From contig OZ242011.1 in assembly GCA_965204755.1 (NCBI GenBank), positions 2,144,001 to 2,208,000 on the forward strand: a DNA stretch of 64,000 nt, given 5' to 3'. Both the position numbers and the translations under genes were made by a program. Of this stretch, positions 43,320-52,858 are shown piece after piece. The DNA is from Candidatus Marinacidobacterium sp. (lineage in GTDB: Bacteria > Acidobacteriota > Vicinamibacteria > Marinacidobacterales > Marinacidobacteraceae). The notes beneath the pieces were generated by a model, which worked only from the letters and a program-made list of their open reading frames with translations, ran no database searches and had not been told where the DNA came from. Each line of letters begins with the position of its first letter. Within the stretch, counting starts at the first letter, position 1.

Positions 43320-43459
43320 TTGGGGGTCCGTGTCCTTCGCTGTCGAGGATACCGGGGAGGGACGGCTCGGCGGTTCGCCGCCGGGGGCGGGGAAGCGCCG
43401 GGCCCGGAGACCGGATGAGACGCCGGAAACGGACGCGTCGCGCTAAACTCGAAGGGAAA

Positions 43460-43572
43460 GGGCTGTCGCCTCTACGGTCGCGCGGATGCGCTGAGGGGTG
43501 CCTGGAAACCCAAAAGGAAGGCGCCCGGCCTCGTGCCGGGCGACGGGTCTGAGCGATGCCCGTCGGCAGCCC
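43460..43572 (+). ncRNA. candidate structured RNA (multibranch, unidentified)
   Basis: Closing stem GGGCTGTC/GGCAGCCC around CCTC/GAGG, GGTGCCT/AGGCGCC, GCCCGGC/GCCGGGC and GACGGGT/GCCCGTC. The wobbles are G-U only on the + strand. Confidence 0.35.
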
Positions 43573-43633
43573 CGCGGGACTACCAGGCGCAGTCCCACCG
43601 CCGCCTCCCGCGAGGACGGCCTGGAGCGCTCGG

Positions 43634-43681
43634 CCACAACCGGTTGTGGCCGACGGCCCTTGACACCACAAGATGTTGTGG
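43634..43681. promoter_or_regulatory. tandem NrdR-box-like palindromes
   Basis: CCACAACCGGTTGTGG (43634-43649) and CCACAAGATGTTGTGG (43666-43681): 16-mers 32 bp apart with TTGACA between them. Confidence 0.65.
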
Positions 43682-43690
43682 TGCGCGGCA

Positions 43691-43720
43691 TTGACCGGCT
43701 TCGCGCGCCGGTGCTAATCT
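43691..43720 (+). promoter_or_regulatory. sigma70-like promoter for the MBL-purB-purSQL operon
   Basis: TTGACC (43691) - N18 - TAATCT (43715), with an extended TGn. Confidence 0.45.
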
Positions 43721-43822
43721 CGCCGGCTTCGGGCGGCCGGGGCGGCGTCCGTTTCCCCGGCGGCCGGCGGTCCGAGAGCGGCGCCCGGGGCGGCTCTCCG
43801 GCGCCGGTTCCGCCCGATCCCG

Positions 43823-44716
43823 TTGTCCCCAGCCATCCACCTCCGCGCCCTCGGCTCCGGGAGTTCGGGCAACGCCGCGCTGGTCACCGGCGGCGGCTCG
43901 TCGCTGCTGGTGGAGGCCGGGTTCTCCTGCCGCGAACTGGAGCGCCGGCTGGCGCGCGCCGGCTGCGAGCCGGGGTCGCTGGACGCGGTGCTCGTCTCCC
44001 ACGAACACGGCGACCACTCCCGCGGCGCGTTCCGCTTCGCCGCGCGCCACGACCGGCCGCTGTTCGCCACCGACGGCACCTGGGAGCGCCTGCTCCGGTC
44101 GGCGGGGAACGGCGCTTCCGCGAACGGTGAGGGTCTGCCCCCGCCTCGGCGGGGCCGGCTCCGCGCCGGGCTGCCGGCCCCGGTCGGCGCGTTCACCGTC
44201 GTCCCCTTCGCCATCCCCCACGACGCCCGCGAGCCGGTCGGCTTCCGGCTGGAGGCGGGTCCGGAGGCGGTGGTCCTGGTCACCGACTTCGGCCACATCT
44301 CGCCGGAGATGGAGCGAGCCATCGAGGGCGCCTCCGTGCTGCTCATCGAGTCGAACTACGACGAGCGGATGCTCTACGACAGCCGCTACCCGTTCCCGCT
44401 CCGGGAGCGGATCGCCTCCCGTTTCGGCCACTGCTCGAACGGCGCGCTCGCGCTCTACCTGCGGCGGCGGCTGCCCCGTTCCGTTACGACCCTCCTCCTC
44501 GCCCACCTCTCGGAGAACACGAACACCCCGGCCCTGGCGCTCGCCGCCGCCGAGGACGCGCTCCGCGCCGCCGGCCGCCCGGAGGTGGAAGTGCGGGTGG
44601 CCGCCCGCCGAGACCTCTCCGACCCGGTGAGCACCCCGCTGCGCCCCGTGATGCCGCCGCTTCCCCCCCGTTACCCGCTCCCGGGCGGCGCGCCGTCGCT
44701 GTTCCCGGCCGGCTGA
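43823..44716 (+). CDS. MBL-fold metallo-hydrolase (YycJ/WalJ-like)
   Basis: LGSGSSGNA, SHEHGDH, IPHDAREPVG, IESNYD, GHCSN, LAHLSE. Confidence 0.9.
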   Translation: MSPAIHLRALGSGSSGNAALVTGGGSSLLVEAGFSCRELERRLARAGCEPGSLDAVLVSHEHGDHSRGAFRFAARHDRPLFATDGTWERLLRSAGNGASANGEGLPPPRRGRLRAGLPAPVGAFTVVPFAIPHDAREPVGFRLEAGPEAVVLVTDFGHISPEMERAIEGASVLLIESNYDERMLYDSRYPFPLRERIASRFGHCSNGALALYLRRRLPRSVTTLLLAHLSENTNTPALALAAAEDALRAAGRPEVEVRVAARRDLSDPVSTPLRPVMPPLPPRYPLPGGAPSLFPAG

Positions 44717-44783
44717 CCGGCAGCCCGTGGAGAAAGTCCGGGGAGCGCCCGTCAGCGCGGAGCGCCCTCCCTGCGGGCGGTAG

Positions 44784-46094
44784 ATGCTCACCGACCGGTA
44801 TGTCCGCCCCGAGATGGGGGCGCTCTGGACCGACGAGGCGCTGTTCTCCTCCTGGATGGAGGTCGAAGTGGCCGCCGCCGAGGCGATGGCGGCGGAGGGG
44901 ATCGTCCCGGAAACCGCCGCCGCCCGGATTCGGGAACGGGCCGGCTTCGACCTCGAGCGCATCCGGGAGATCGAGGCGGTCGTCCACCACGATGTCGTGG
45001 CCTTCACCCAGGCGATGGCGGAGCGGGTCGGCGAAGAGGGCCGCTACCTCCACTACGGGCTCACCAGTTCCGATGTGGTGGACACCGCGCTCGCGGTCCG
45101 GCTGACCCGGGCGGCGGACCTGGTGCTCCGGCGGGTGGAGGGCCTGCGCGAAGTCCTCCTCCGCCGCGCCGAAGAGCACCGGCGGACGGTGATGGTGGGG
45201 CGCACCCACGGCGTCCACGCCGAGCCCATGACCTTCGGCATGAAGATGCTCCTGTGGTGGGCGGAGATGGGCCGGAACCGGCGGCGGCTGCGCGCGGCCC
45301 GGAGCGCGGCGGCGGTCGGGAAACTGAGCGGCGCGGTGGGCACCTTCGCCCACCTGCCGCCGTCGGTGGAAGCCCGGGTGTGCGCGGCGCTGGGGCTGGC
45401 GCCGGCGCCGATCTCGACCCAGGTCGTCCAGCGCGACCGCCACGCCGAACTCGCCGCCGCGCTCGCCATCACCGCCGGCACGCTGGAGAAGATCGCCACC
45501 GAAGTCCGCAACCTCCAGCGCACCGAGATCCGGGAGGTCGAGGAGCCCTTCGGGCGGGGCCAGAAGGGCTCTTCGGCGATGCCCCACAAGCGGAACCCGG
45601 TGGGCTGCGAGCAGGTCTGCGGCCTCGCCCGGGTGATCCGCGCCAATGTGGTTCCGGCGATCGAGAACATCGCGCTGTGGAACGAGCGGGACATCTCGCA
45701 TTCGTCGGCGGAGCGGATGACGATCCCGCAGAGTTTCCTGCTGCTCGACCACATCCTGCTGCGGACGACCGCGATCGTAGACGGGCTGCTGGTGTATCCC
45801 GAAGCGATGCGCGCGAACCTGGAGCGCATGAACGGGCTGGTGTTCAGCGGCGGCGCGCTGCTCGAACTGGCCGCCCGGGGGGTGTCCCGGGAGGAGGCCT
45901 ACCGGATGGTGCAGTCCTGCGCGATGCGGGTCTGGGAGCGGGGGACGCCGCTGCGGGAGGAGATGGGGCGGCGCGCGGGGATCACCGCGGTGCTCGGCGA
46001 GGCGGAACTGGACGCGGTCTTCGACCTCGACACCCATCTCCGCCGGGTGGACGAGGTGTACGAGCGCGTCCTCGGGGAGGAGGAGTCCCCGTGA
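44784..46094 (+). CDS. purB: adenylosuccinate lyase
   Basis: HHDVVAF, HYGLTSSD, GRTHGVHAEP, GSSAMPHKRNP. Confidence 0.97.
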   Translation: MLTDRYVRPEMGALWTDEALFSSWMEVEVAAAEAMAAEGIVPETAAARIRERAGFDLERIREIEAVVHHDVVAFTQAMAERVGEEGRYLHYGLTSSDVVDTALAVRLTRAADLVLRRVEGLREVLLRRAEEHRRTVMVGRTHGVHAEPMTFGMKMLLWWAEMGRNRRRLRAARSAAAVGKLSGAVGTFAHLPPSVEARVCAALGLAPAPISTQVVQRDRHAELAAALAITAGTLEKIATEVRNLQRTEIREVEEPFGRGQKGSSAMPHKRNPVGCEQVCGLARVIRANVVPAIENIALWNERDISHSSAERMTIPQSFLLLDHILLRTTAIVDGLLVYPEAMRANLERMNGLVFSGGALLELAARGVSREEAYRMVQSCAMRVWERGTPLREEMGRRAGITAVLGEAELDAVFDLDTHLRRVDEVYERVLGEEESP

Positions 46095-46360
46095 AGTACC
46101 GGGTCCGGGTGGAAGTGCGGCTCCGGCCCTCGATCTACGACCCGCAGGGCGAAGCGATCCGCCGGGCGCTGGCCGCCGGCGGCGCCTCCGGGGTGACTTC
46201 GGTGCGGCAGGGGAAACTCTTCGAACTCGAACTCGAGGCCGACTCCGCCGCCGCCGCCGAAGAGCAGGCCGCCGACCTCGCCCGCCGGGTCCTCGCCAAC
46301 CCGGTGCTCGAGGACTGCGCGGTTTCGTCGCCTACGATGCATCAGGTCCCCACCGCCTGA
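46091..46360 (+). CDS. purS: FGAM synthase subunit PurS
   Basis: GTG overlaps the purB stop; DPQGEAI, VRQGKLFEL, LANPVLED. Confidence 0.93.
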   Translation: MKYRVRVEVRLRPSIYDPQGEAIRRALAAGGASGVTSVRQGKLFELELEADSAAAAEEQAADLARRVLANPVLEDCAVSSPTMHQVPTA

Positions 46361-46635
46361 CCGGTCGATTCTCCCCGGTGATCGCCGTTCCTGCCAAGAG
46401 GTTCCTTCATGCCTCGAAGGACGAGGTTGGCGGGGGGACTCGCGGAGCGATTCCCGCCGCCGGCCCCCGGGCAGCGGCCCGCGGGGAACCGACGGGCGGG
46501 GGCCCTTCCGCGGGCGGGTACGATGCGGCAGGTCCCCACCGCCTGACCGGTTTGGATTTTTGCCGGTGATCGCCGTTCCTGCAGTGAGGTTTTCTTCCTA
46601 CTTGGTCTCCAAGGACGAGGTTGGCGGGGGGACTC
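46333..46635. repeat. two diverged direct copies (~110 nt) of a structured element between purS and purQ
   Basis: 46333-46441 and 46520-46635 share CAGGTCCCCACCGCCTGACCGGT...CCGGTGATCGCCGTTCCTGC...GAGGTT...AAGGACGAGGTTGGCGGGGGGACTC. Confidence 0.9.
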
Positions 46636-46699
46636 CTTCGCGCTTCGCCGGCCGGCGCCGCTCTCGCCGGGCGCCGCGCCGCCGGCTCGCCGGCAACCG

Positions 46700-47410
46700 A
46701 TGAAGCCGCGCCGGATCGCGGTCCCGGTGTTCCCGGGCACCAACTGCGAGGAGGATGTGCTCCACGCGCTGCGGACCGTGACGCCCCACCGGGCGGAACT
46801 CGTCTGGCACCGGGAGGGCTCGCTCGCCGGGTTCGACGCCGCGGTCGTGCCCGGCGGTTTCGCCCACGGCGACTACCTGCGCGCCGGCGGGCTGGCCCGG
46901 TTCTCCCCGGTGACGGCCGCGCTCTCGGAGATGGCCGGGGCCGGGAGGCCGGTGCTGGGCATCTGCAACGGGTTCCAGATCCTCCAGGAGGCGGGGCTCC
47001 TGCCGGGAGCGATGCTGAAGAACCGCTCGCTCACCTATGTCTGCCGGGAGGTGTTCGTCCGGGTCGAGACGAGGGAGACCCCGCTGACCGCCGCCCTCGA
47101 AGTCGGCGAAGTGCTGCGGCTGCCGATCGGGCACGCCGAAGGGAACTTCCACCTGGACGACCGCGGGATCGCCGAACTCGAGGCCGAAGGACAAGTGGTG
47201 TTCCGCTACTGCCGGTCGGACGGGGCGCCCGACGAAGCGGCGGCGGAAGTGAATCCCAACGGCTCCCGGAACGCCGTCGCCGGCGTCCGGAACCGGGCCG
47301 GGAATGTGGCGGCGCTGATGCCCCACCCGGACCGGGCCTACGAAGCGGCGCTCGGCGGCGAGGACGGCGTCCGGGTGTTCGCCGGCCTGACCCGGTGGCT
47401 GGAGTCCTGA
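46700..47410 (+). CDS. purQ: FGAM synthase glutaminase subunit PurQ
   Basis: [39 protein letters not shown]. Confidence 0.96.
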   Translation: MKPRRIAVPVFPGTNCEEDVLHALRTVTPHRAELVWHREGSLAGFDAAVVPGGFAHGDYLRAGGLARFSPVTAALSEMAGAGRPVLGICNGFQILQEAGLLPGAMLKNRSLTYVCREVFVRVETRETPLTAALEVGEVLRLPIGHAEGNFHLDDRGIAELEAEGQVVFRYCRSDGAPDEAAAEVNPNGSRNAVAGVRNRAGNVAALMPHPDRAYEAALGGEDGVRVFAGLTRWLES

Positions 47411-49776
47411 TGGCGCCGGCGGCGGGCCGAGCCGGGCCACCGGCGGAAGGATCTGCCGGGCCACCGGCGAAAGGTCCAGCCGGGCCACCGGCGAACGGCG
47501 CTGTCGAGCGGCCCGTCGGGCCGGGCCAGGGGTTGGCCGATGCGCTCGCGGCGGGTCTCACCGAGTCCGATTTCCGGGAGATCGAGGCCCGCCTCGGGCG
47601 CGCGCCGAACGCCGCCGAACTCGGCATGTTCTCCGCCATGTGGTCGGAGCACTGCTCCTACCGGTCCTCCCGAAGGCATTTGGCGCGCTTCCCCACCGAG
47701 TCGCCCCGGGTCCTCGAAGGGCCGGGCGAGAACGCCGGCGCCGTCGAGATCGGCGACGGGCTGGCCGCGGTGTTCAAGGTGGAGTCGCACAACCATCCCA
47801 CCTTCATCGAGCCGTACCAGGGCGCGGCCACCGGCGTCGGCGGCATCCTGCGGGACATCTTCACCATGGGCGCCCGCCCGGTGGCGCTGATGAACTCGCT
47901 GCGCTTCGGCCCGCTCGCCGACCGGAACAACCGCCGGCTGTTCGCCGGGGCGGTCGCCGGCATCGCCAACTACGGGAACAGCATGGGCATCCCCACCGTG
48001 GGAGGGGAAGTGGGGTTCGAGGACTGCTACTCGCTGAACCCGCTGGTGAACGCCTTCGCGCTCGGTCTCGCGCCGGCGGACCGGTTGTTCCGCGCCCGGG
48101 CGGAGTCGCCGGGGCATCCGGTGTACTGCGTCGGCGCGAAGACCGGCCGCGACGGCATCCAGGGCGCGGCGATGGCTTCCGCGGCGTTCGACGACGAAGC
48201 GGAGGCCAAGCGCCCCACGGTGCAGGTCGGCGACCCGTTCCTGGAGAAACTCCTGTTGGAGGCCTGCCTCGAACTCATGCGGGGCGACGCGCTGGTCGCC
48301 GTCCAGGACATGGGCGCCGCCGGGCTGACCTGTTCCACCGCCGAAGTCGCCGCGCGGGGCGGGTGCGGCGTCCGGGTGGACCTCGACCGGGCGCCGCAGC
48401 GCGAAGCGGGGATGTCCGCCTACGAAATCCTCCTCTCGGAGTCGCAGGAGCGGATGCTGTTGGTGGTGCGGCGGGGGCGGGAGGGCGAGGTGGAGCGGGT
48501 CTTCGCCAAGTGGGACCTGGACGCGGCGGCGCTCGGCGAGATCACCGACGACGGACTGCTCCGGGTGACCCACCGGGGCCAGCCGGCGGCGCTCGCGCCC
48601 TGCCGGGCGCTGACCGAGGACGCTCCGCTGGAAGACCGGCCGATGGCCGCGCCGTCTTCGTGGCCCCCGGCGGAGGTGACCGCCGCCGACCTCGACGAGC
48701 CGCGCGACTGGAACGAGGCGGCCCTGCGGCTGGCGGCTTCCCCCGGGCTCGCCAGCCGGCGGTGGGTGTACGAGCAGTACGACCACATGGTGCGGAGCGA
48801 CACCGTGGCCCGCCCCGGCGCGGACGCCGGCGTGATCCGCATCAAGGGCTCGCGGCTGGGTGTAGCCATGTCGCTCGACGGCAACGGCCGCTACGCCGGC
48901 GCCGACCCCCGCCGGGGCGGGGCGCTGGCGGTGTCCGAGGCCTGCCGCAACCTGGCGGCGGTGGGGGCGGAACCCGTGGGGGCGACCAACTGCCTCAACT
49001 TCGGCAACCCGGAGAAGCCGGAGGTGATGTGGCAGTTCTCCGAGGCCATAGACGGCATGGGCGAGGCGCTGCGGGCGCTCGGCGCGCCCATCACCGGCGG
49101 CAATGTCAGTTTCTACAACGAGACCGACGACGCCGGAATCCTGCCGACCCCGGTCGTGGGCGTGGTGGGGGTGCTGCCCGATGTCCGGGCGTTGGTGCGC
49201 CAGCACTTCCGGGGACCGGGCGACGCGGCGTACCTGGCCGGAGGAGCGTCCGCCGGCGCTTCTTCCGGCGGCGCGTCGCCGACCGTCGCGCTCGGCGCGA
49301 GCGAGTACCTGAAGGTCATCCACGGCCGGACGGACGGTCGCCCCCCGGCCCCGGCGCTCGAGGCGGAGGCGCGCCTGGGCGCGTTCCTGCGCGCGGCCGC
49401 CGCCGCGGGGATCACCCGCTCGGCCAAGGACCTCTCCGAGGGCGGCCTGTTCCAGGCGGCGGTCGAGTCGGTCTTCGCCCCCGACGGTGCCCGCTGCGGC
49501 GCGTCCCTCTCGCTGGAAACCCCCGACCGGATCGAGGGCCCCCTCTTCGGCGAAGCCCCGGCCCGCGCGCTCGTCACGGCGGGGGTCGAGGACACGGCGG
49601 CCCTGGAGTCTCTGGCCGAGGAGCACGGAACCCCGCTGACCCGCCTCGGGACCACCGGGGGCGATGCGCTAAACGTCCGGGCGAACGGCGCCGCCGTGAT
49701 CCATCTGCCCACGCCCGACCTCTGGGACGCCTTCGGCATGGGCCTGGAACGCGAGATGTCGGGGACGGCGCCGTGA
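47410..49776 (+). CDS. purL: FGAM synthase subunit PurL
   Basis: [43 protein letters not shown]. Confidence 0.97.
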   Translation: MAPAAGRAGPPAEGSAGPPAKGPAGPPANGAVERPVGPGQGLADALAAGLTESDFREIEARLGRAPNAAELGMFSAMWSEHCSYRSSRRHLARFPTESPRVLEGPGENAGAVEIGDGLAAVFKVESHNHPTFIEPYQGAATGVGGILRDIFTMGARPVALMNSLRFGPLADRNNRRLFAGAVAGIANYGNSMGIPTVGGEVGFEDCYSLNPLVNAFALGLAPADRLFRARAESPGHPVYCVGAKTGRDGIQGAAMASAAFDDEAEAKRPTVQVGDPFLEKLLLEACLELMRGDALVAVQDMGAAGLTCSTAEVAARGGCGVRVDLDRAPQREAGMSAYEILLSESQERMLLVVRRGREGEVERVFAKWDLDAAALGEITDDGLLRVTHRGQPAALAPCRALTEDAPLEDRPMAAPSSWPPAEVTAADLDEPRDWNEAALRLAASPGLASRRWVYEQYDHMVRSDTVARPGADAGVIRIKGSRLGVAMSLDGNGRYAGADPRRGGALAVSEACRNLAAVGAEPVGATNCLNFGNPEKPEVMWQFSEAIDGMGEALRALGAPITGGNVSFYNETDDAGILPTPVVGVVGVLPDVRALVRQHFRGPGDAAYLAGGASAGASSGGASPTVALGASEYLKVIHGRTDGRPPAPALEAEARLGAFLRAAAAAGITRSAKDLSEGGLFQAAVESVFAPDGARCGASLSLETPDRIEGPLFGEAPARALVTAGVEDTAALESLAEEHGTPLTRLGTTGGDALNVRANGAAVIHLPTPDLWDAFGMGLEREMSGTAP
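47431..47502 (+). repeat. 3 x 24-bp in-frame tandem repeat at the purL 5' end
   Basis: GCCGGGCCACCGGCG + 9 variable nt, encoding AGPPAEGS / AGPPAKGP / AGPPANGA. Confidence 0.85.
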
Positions 49777-49859
49777 CGGGCGCGGGTCGCCGCGCCGCCG
49801 GGGGTGTCAGGTTTTGGCGTTTCCCTGCGCGAAATTCCCCTCCGGTCTCCGAAGCCTCC

Positions 49860-51023
49860 ATGGACCCGGCCGTTGTCCGCACCGAACGTGCGTCGTCTTC
49901 CCCGCGTCGTCGCCCATCCTCCGCGCGACTCGATCGGCTGGCGGCTTCGGCGGCGTCAACGGCGCGTTCGACCGCGGTAGGCGCACTCCCGCCGCGCCGA
50001 GTTCATCCCGGTGCGGCAGCCGCGCCGGTCCTGCTTCCCGGAAGGCGGACGCGTCCGTCGGTTCGCCGCTCCGGCGGCGCCTCGCCTCGCCGCGCGCGGC
50101 CGTGGGTGCTGCCCGAGGACTGCCGGGATGCCCTCCCCGAACTTGCGGAGAACAGCGTCGCTCTGGTCTTGACCGATCCTCCCTACTTCACGGACCGAAT
50201 GGGCGCGGAATGGGACCTGCGCGCCCTCCGGTCGCGGGTGAAGAACGGGGTCGTCGGCGGCCTGCCGGTCGGTATGAAATTCGATCCGAAACAGGGCCGC
50301 GACCTCTACGAGTTCCTGCGGCCGATCGCGGAGGAGTGGCGGCGGGTCCTCAAGCCGGGCGGTTTCGCCCTCTGCTTCTCCCATCCCCGGCTCGCCCACC
50401 GCACGACCTCGGCGATAGAGGACGCCGGTTTCGAAATTCGGGACCTGCTCGCCTGGAAGCACGAGGGGCAGGCCAAGGCGTTCACGCAAGAGCACTTCGT
50501 TCGCCGCCGCGACCTCTCCGACCGAGAGAAGGCGCGCATCATCCGCTCGCTCGGCGGCCGCAAGACCCCGCAACTCAAGCCGCAGATAGAGATGATCGTC
50601 CTGGCGCAGGCGCCGCGCGCAGGGACTTTCGTGGACAACTGGATGGAGTACCGCGCCGGGCTGATCGATGTCTCCCGCCCGCTCCTCGATCCCGGACGCT
50701 TCCCCGGAACCCTGATCCCCTGCCCCAAACCCAAGGAGCGGTTCGGGCACATGACGGCCAAACCCGTCGCCTTGCTCCGCCACCTCATCCGCATCTTCTC
50801 CGCCCCGGGAACGAACTCGGTCGTCCTCGACCCCTTCGCCGGCTCCGGTTCGACCGGAGTGGCCGCCCGCCTGGAGAAACGCGGCTTCCTCGGCTTCGAG
50901 ATCGACGCGGCCATGGCGAAGACCGCGACAGAGCGGCTTGCGAAGGAAGCCGACGCGCGTCCACCGCGGCTTCGGGCTACGAGATCGCGAACTCCGCGGA
51001 TGAGGAGCCGTAGGCGTCCGTGA
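49860..51023 (+). CDS. site-specific DNA methyltransferase, beta-type (N4C/N6A)
   Basis: Motif IV LVLTDPPY precedes HMTAKPVALL and motif I VLDPFAGSGSTG. Start uncertain. Confidence 0.88.
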   Translation: MDPAVVRTERASSSPRRRPSSARLDRLAASAASTARSTAVGALPPRRVHPGAAAAPVLLPGRRTRPSVRRSGGASPRRARPWVLPEDCRDALPELAENSVALVLTDPPYFTDRMGAEWDLRALRSRVKNGVVGGLPVGMKFDPKQGRDLYEFLRPIAEEWRRVLKPGGFALCFSHPRLAHRTTSAIEDAGFEIRDLLAWKHEGQAKAFTQEHFVRRRDLSDREKARIIRSLGGRKTPQLKPQIEMIVLAQAPRAGTFVDNWMEYRAGLIDVSRPLLDPGRFPGTLIPCPKPKERFGHMTAKPVALLRHLIRIFSAPGTNSVVLDPFAGSGSTGVAARLEKRGFLGFEIDAAMAKTATERLAKEADARPPRLRATRSRTPRMRSRRRP

Positions 51024-51367
51024 TGTTCCAACTGCCTCCGGCTCCGGAATCCTGCTTGGCGGGAGATGTTGTCGGCGCGGCGCTTCGTCGCACGGAAGCG
51101 ATGTGGAAGGCGGCAGGTTTCGGTTTCCGGCCGTACGACCCTCCACAGGCCAAGTACGTCCTCGACACCTTCTTCACCGAATCCCACGGCGGGCTCGAAC
51201 TGCTCGACTTCGTCGTCGAGTCCGCGGAAGAGCCGTTCTCGGCGATCCGGATGCGCGTCCGGTACACGGACGACGAGGACGGAACCGGTATGACCCGGTG
51301 GTTCGTGTGGCGGAAGGCCGACGAGGATTCGAGCGCCTGGGCCTTCCAGGAAGACGAAGGCTGGTGA
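51020..51367 (+). CDS. hypothetical acidic protein
   Basis: 115-aa ORF overlapping the MTase stop (GTGA) and ending 4 nt before purF. Confidence 0.55.
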   Translation: MMFQLPPAPESCLAGDVVGAALRRTEAMWKAAGFGFRPYDPPQAKYVLDTFFTESHGGLELLDFVVESAEEPFSAIRMRVRYTDDEDGTGMTRWFVWRKADEDSSAWAFQEDEGW

Positions 51368-51371
51368 CGCC

Positions 51372-52808
51372 GTGAAGACGGGTGGTTCGCGCCCCGACGC
51401 GCCGGATCGGTTCCATGACGAGTGCGGGGTGGTCGGGGTCTGGAATCATCCGGAGGCGGCGCGGCTCGCGTACCTGGGGCTCTACGCGTTGCAGCACCGG
51501 GGGCAGGAAGCGGCGGGGATCGTGGCGGTGTCGCCCTCCGGGCAGTCGCTGAACGAGGTGAACGGTCCCGGACATGTCGCGGATGTGTTCGACCGGAAGT
51601 CGCTCGACGCGCTCCCGGGGCGGGCGGCCATCGGGCACACCCGCTACTCGACCTCCGGCGAGAACAGCACCGAGAACATCCAGCCGATCCAGATCGAGTG
51701 CAAGTACGGCCAGATCGCGGTCTGCCACAACGGCAACCTGGTCAACGCCCACATCCTCCGGCGGGAACTCGTGGACCGGGGCTCCATCTTCCGGACGAGT
51801 TCGGACACGGAAGTCCTGGTGCACCTGTTCGCCAAGTCCGGGCAGGCGACGGAACTCGATGCCGTCATCGAGGCGGTGCGGCAGGCGGAAGGAGCGTTCT
51901 CCCTCCTGTTCCTGACCACGAACGCGCTCTATGCGGTGCGCGATCCCCGCGGTTTCCGGCCGCTGCTGCTCGGCCGGGTGGGCGACGGGCATGTCGTGTG
52001 CTCCGAGACCTGCGCGCTCGACCTGCTCGACGCCGAATTCGTCCGCGACATCGAAGCCGGGGAGATGCTGCGGATCGACGACGACGGCGTCCATTCCCTC
52101 TCCCTCTTCGACGCCAAGCGGATTTCGCAGTGCATCTTCGAGCACATCTACTTCGCGCGCCCGGACAGCCGGGTGTTCGGGCGCGATGTGTACCGCACGC
52201 GCATCGCCCTCGGACACAGTCTGGCGAAGCGCACCGGAGTGGACGCCGATGTCGTGGTGCCGGTTCCCGACTCGGGCCTGATCGCGGCGATCGGGTATTC
52301 GCAGGCGACCGGCATCCCGATGGAGTTCGGGTTCATCCGCAACCACTATGTCGGGCGGACCTTCATCGAACCGCGCCAGTCCATCCGCAACTTCGGGGTG
52401 CGCGTGAAACTCAACCCGGTGCCGGCGGTGCTGAACGGCCGCCGGGTGATCCTCATCGACGACTCCATCGTGCGCGGAACCACCAGCCGCAAACTGGTGC
52501 AGATGGCGCGGAACGCCGGCGCCGCCGAAGTCCACTTCCGGGTCTCGTCGCCGCCGACTACCGGCCCCTGCCACTACGGCATAGATACGCCGCTGGAGTC
52601 GGAGTTGATCGCCGCCTCCAAGTCCGTCGAGGAGATCCGCGAGTACCTGAACGCGGACAGTCTCGCCTACCTCCCGCTCGAAGCGCTGGAGGAGTCCGTC
52701 GAGGACGAGCCCGACCGCTACTGCATGGCGTGTTTCTCCGGCGACTACCCGCTACCCGTCCCCGAACTCGAACGCGCCCGAAGCCTCTTCGCGAAGAACC
52801 GGACCTGA
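51372..52808 (+). CDS. purF: amidophosphoribosyltransferase
   Basis: HDECGVVG propeptide junction, LQHRGQE, GHTRYST, CIFEHIYFARPDS, IDDSIVRGTT. Confidence 0.97.
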   Translation: MKTGGSRPDAPDRFHDECGVVGVWNHPEAARLAYLGLYALQHRGQEAAGIVAVSPSGQSLNEVNGPGHVADVFDRKSLDALPGRAAIGHTRYSTSGENSTENIQPIQIECKYGQIAVCHNGNLVNAHILRRELVDRGSIFRTSSDTEVLVHLFAKSGQATELDAVIEAVRQAEGAFSLLFLTTNALYAVRDPRGFRPLLLGRVGDGHVVCSETCALDLLDAEFVRDIEAGEMLRIDDDGVHSLSLFDAKRISQCIFEHIYFARPDSRVFGRDVYRTRIALGHSLAKRTGVDADVVVPVPDSGLIAAIGYSQATGIPMEFGFIRNHYVGRTFIEPRQSIRNFGVRVKLNPVPAVLNGRRVILIDDSIVRGTTSRKLVQMARNAGAAEVHFRVSSPPTTGPCHYGIDTPLESELIAASKSVEEIREYLNADSLAYLPLEALEESVEDEPDRYCMACFSGDYPLPVPELERARSLFAKNRT

Positions 52809-52858
52809 TCGTCAAATACCCAGCGGGCCACGGAGACAGGTTGAGCGACGGGAACTCG

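Noticed and set aside
43450-43610. ZMP/ZTP, PRPP (ykkC-type) or cobalamin riboswitch, SRP RNA or 6S RNA
   Set aside because: I could not find their diagnostic conserved motifs by eye, so it is kept only as an unidentified candidate.
47640-51023. 1127-aa ORF suggesting a giant MTase fusion
   Set aside because: The upstream part is an off-frame overlap of purL. Only the region from ~49860 has MTase motifs.
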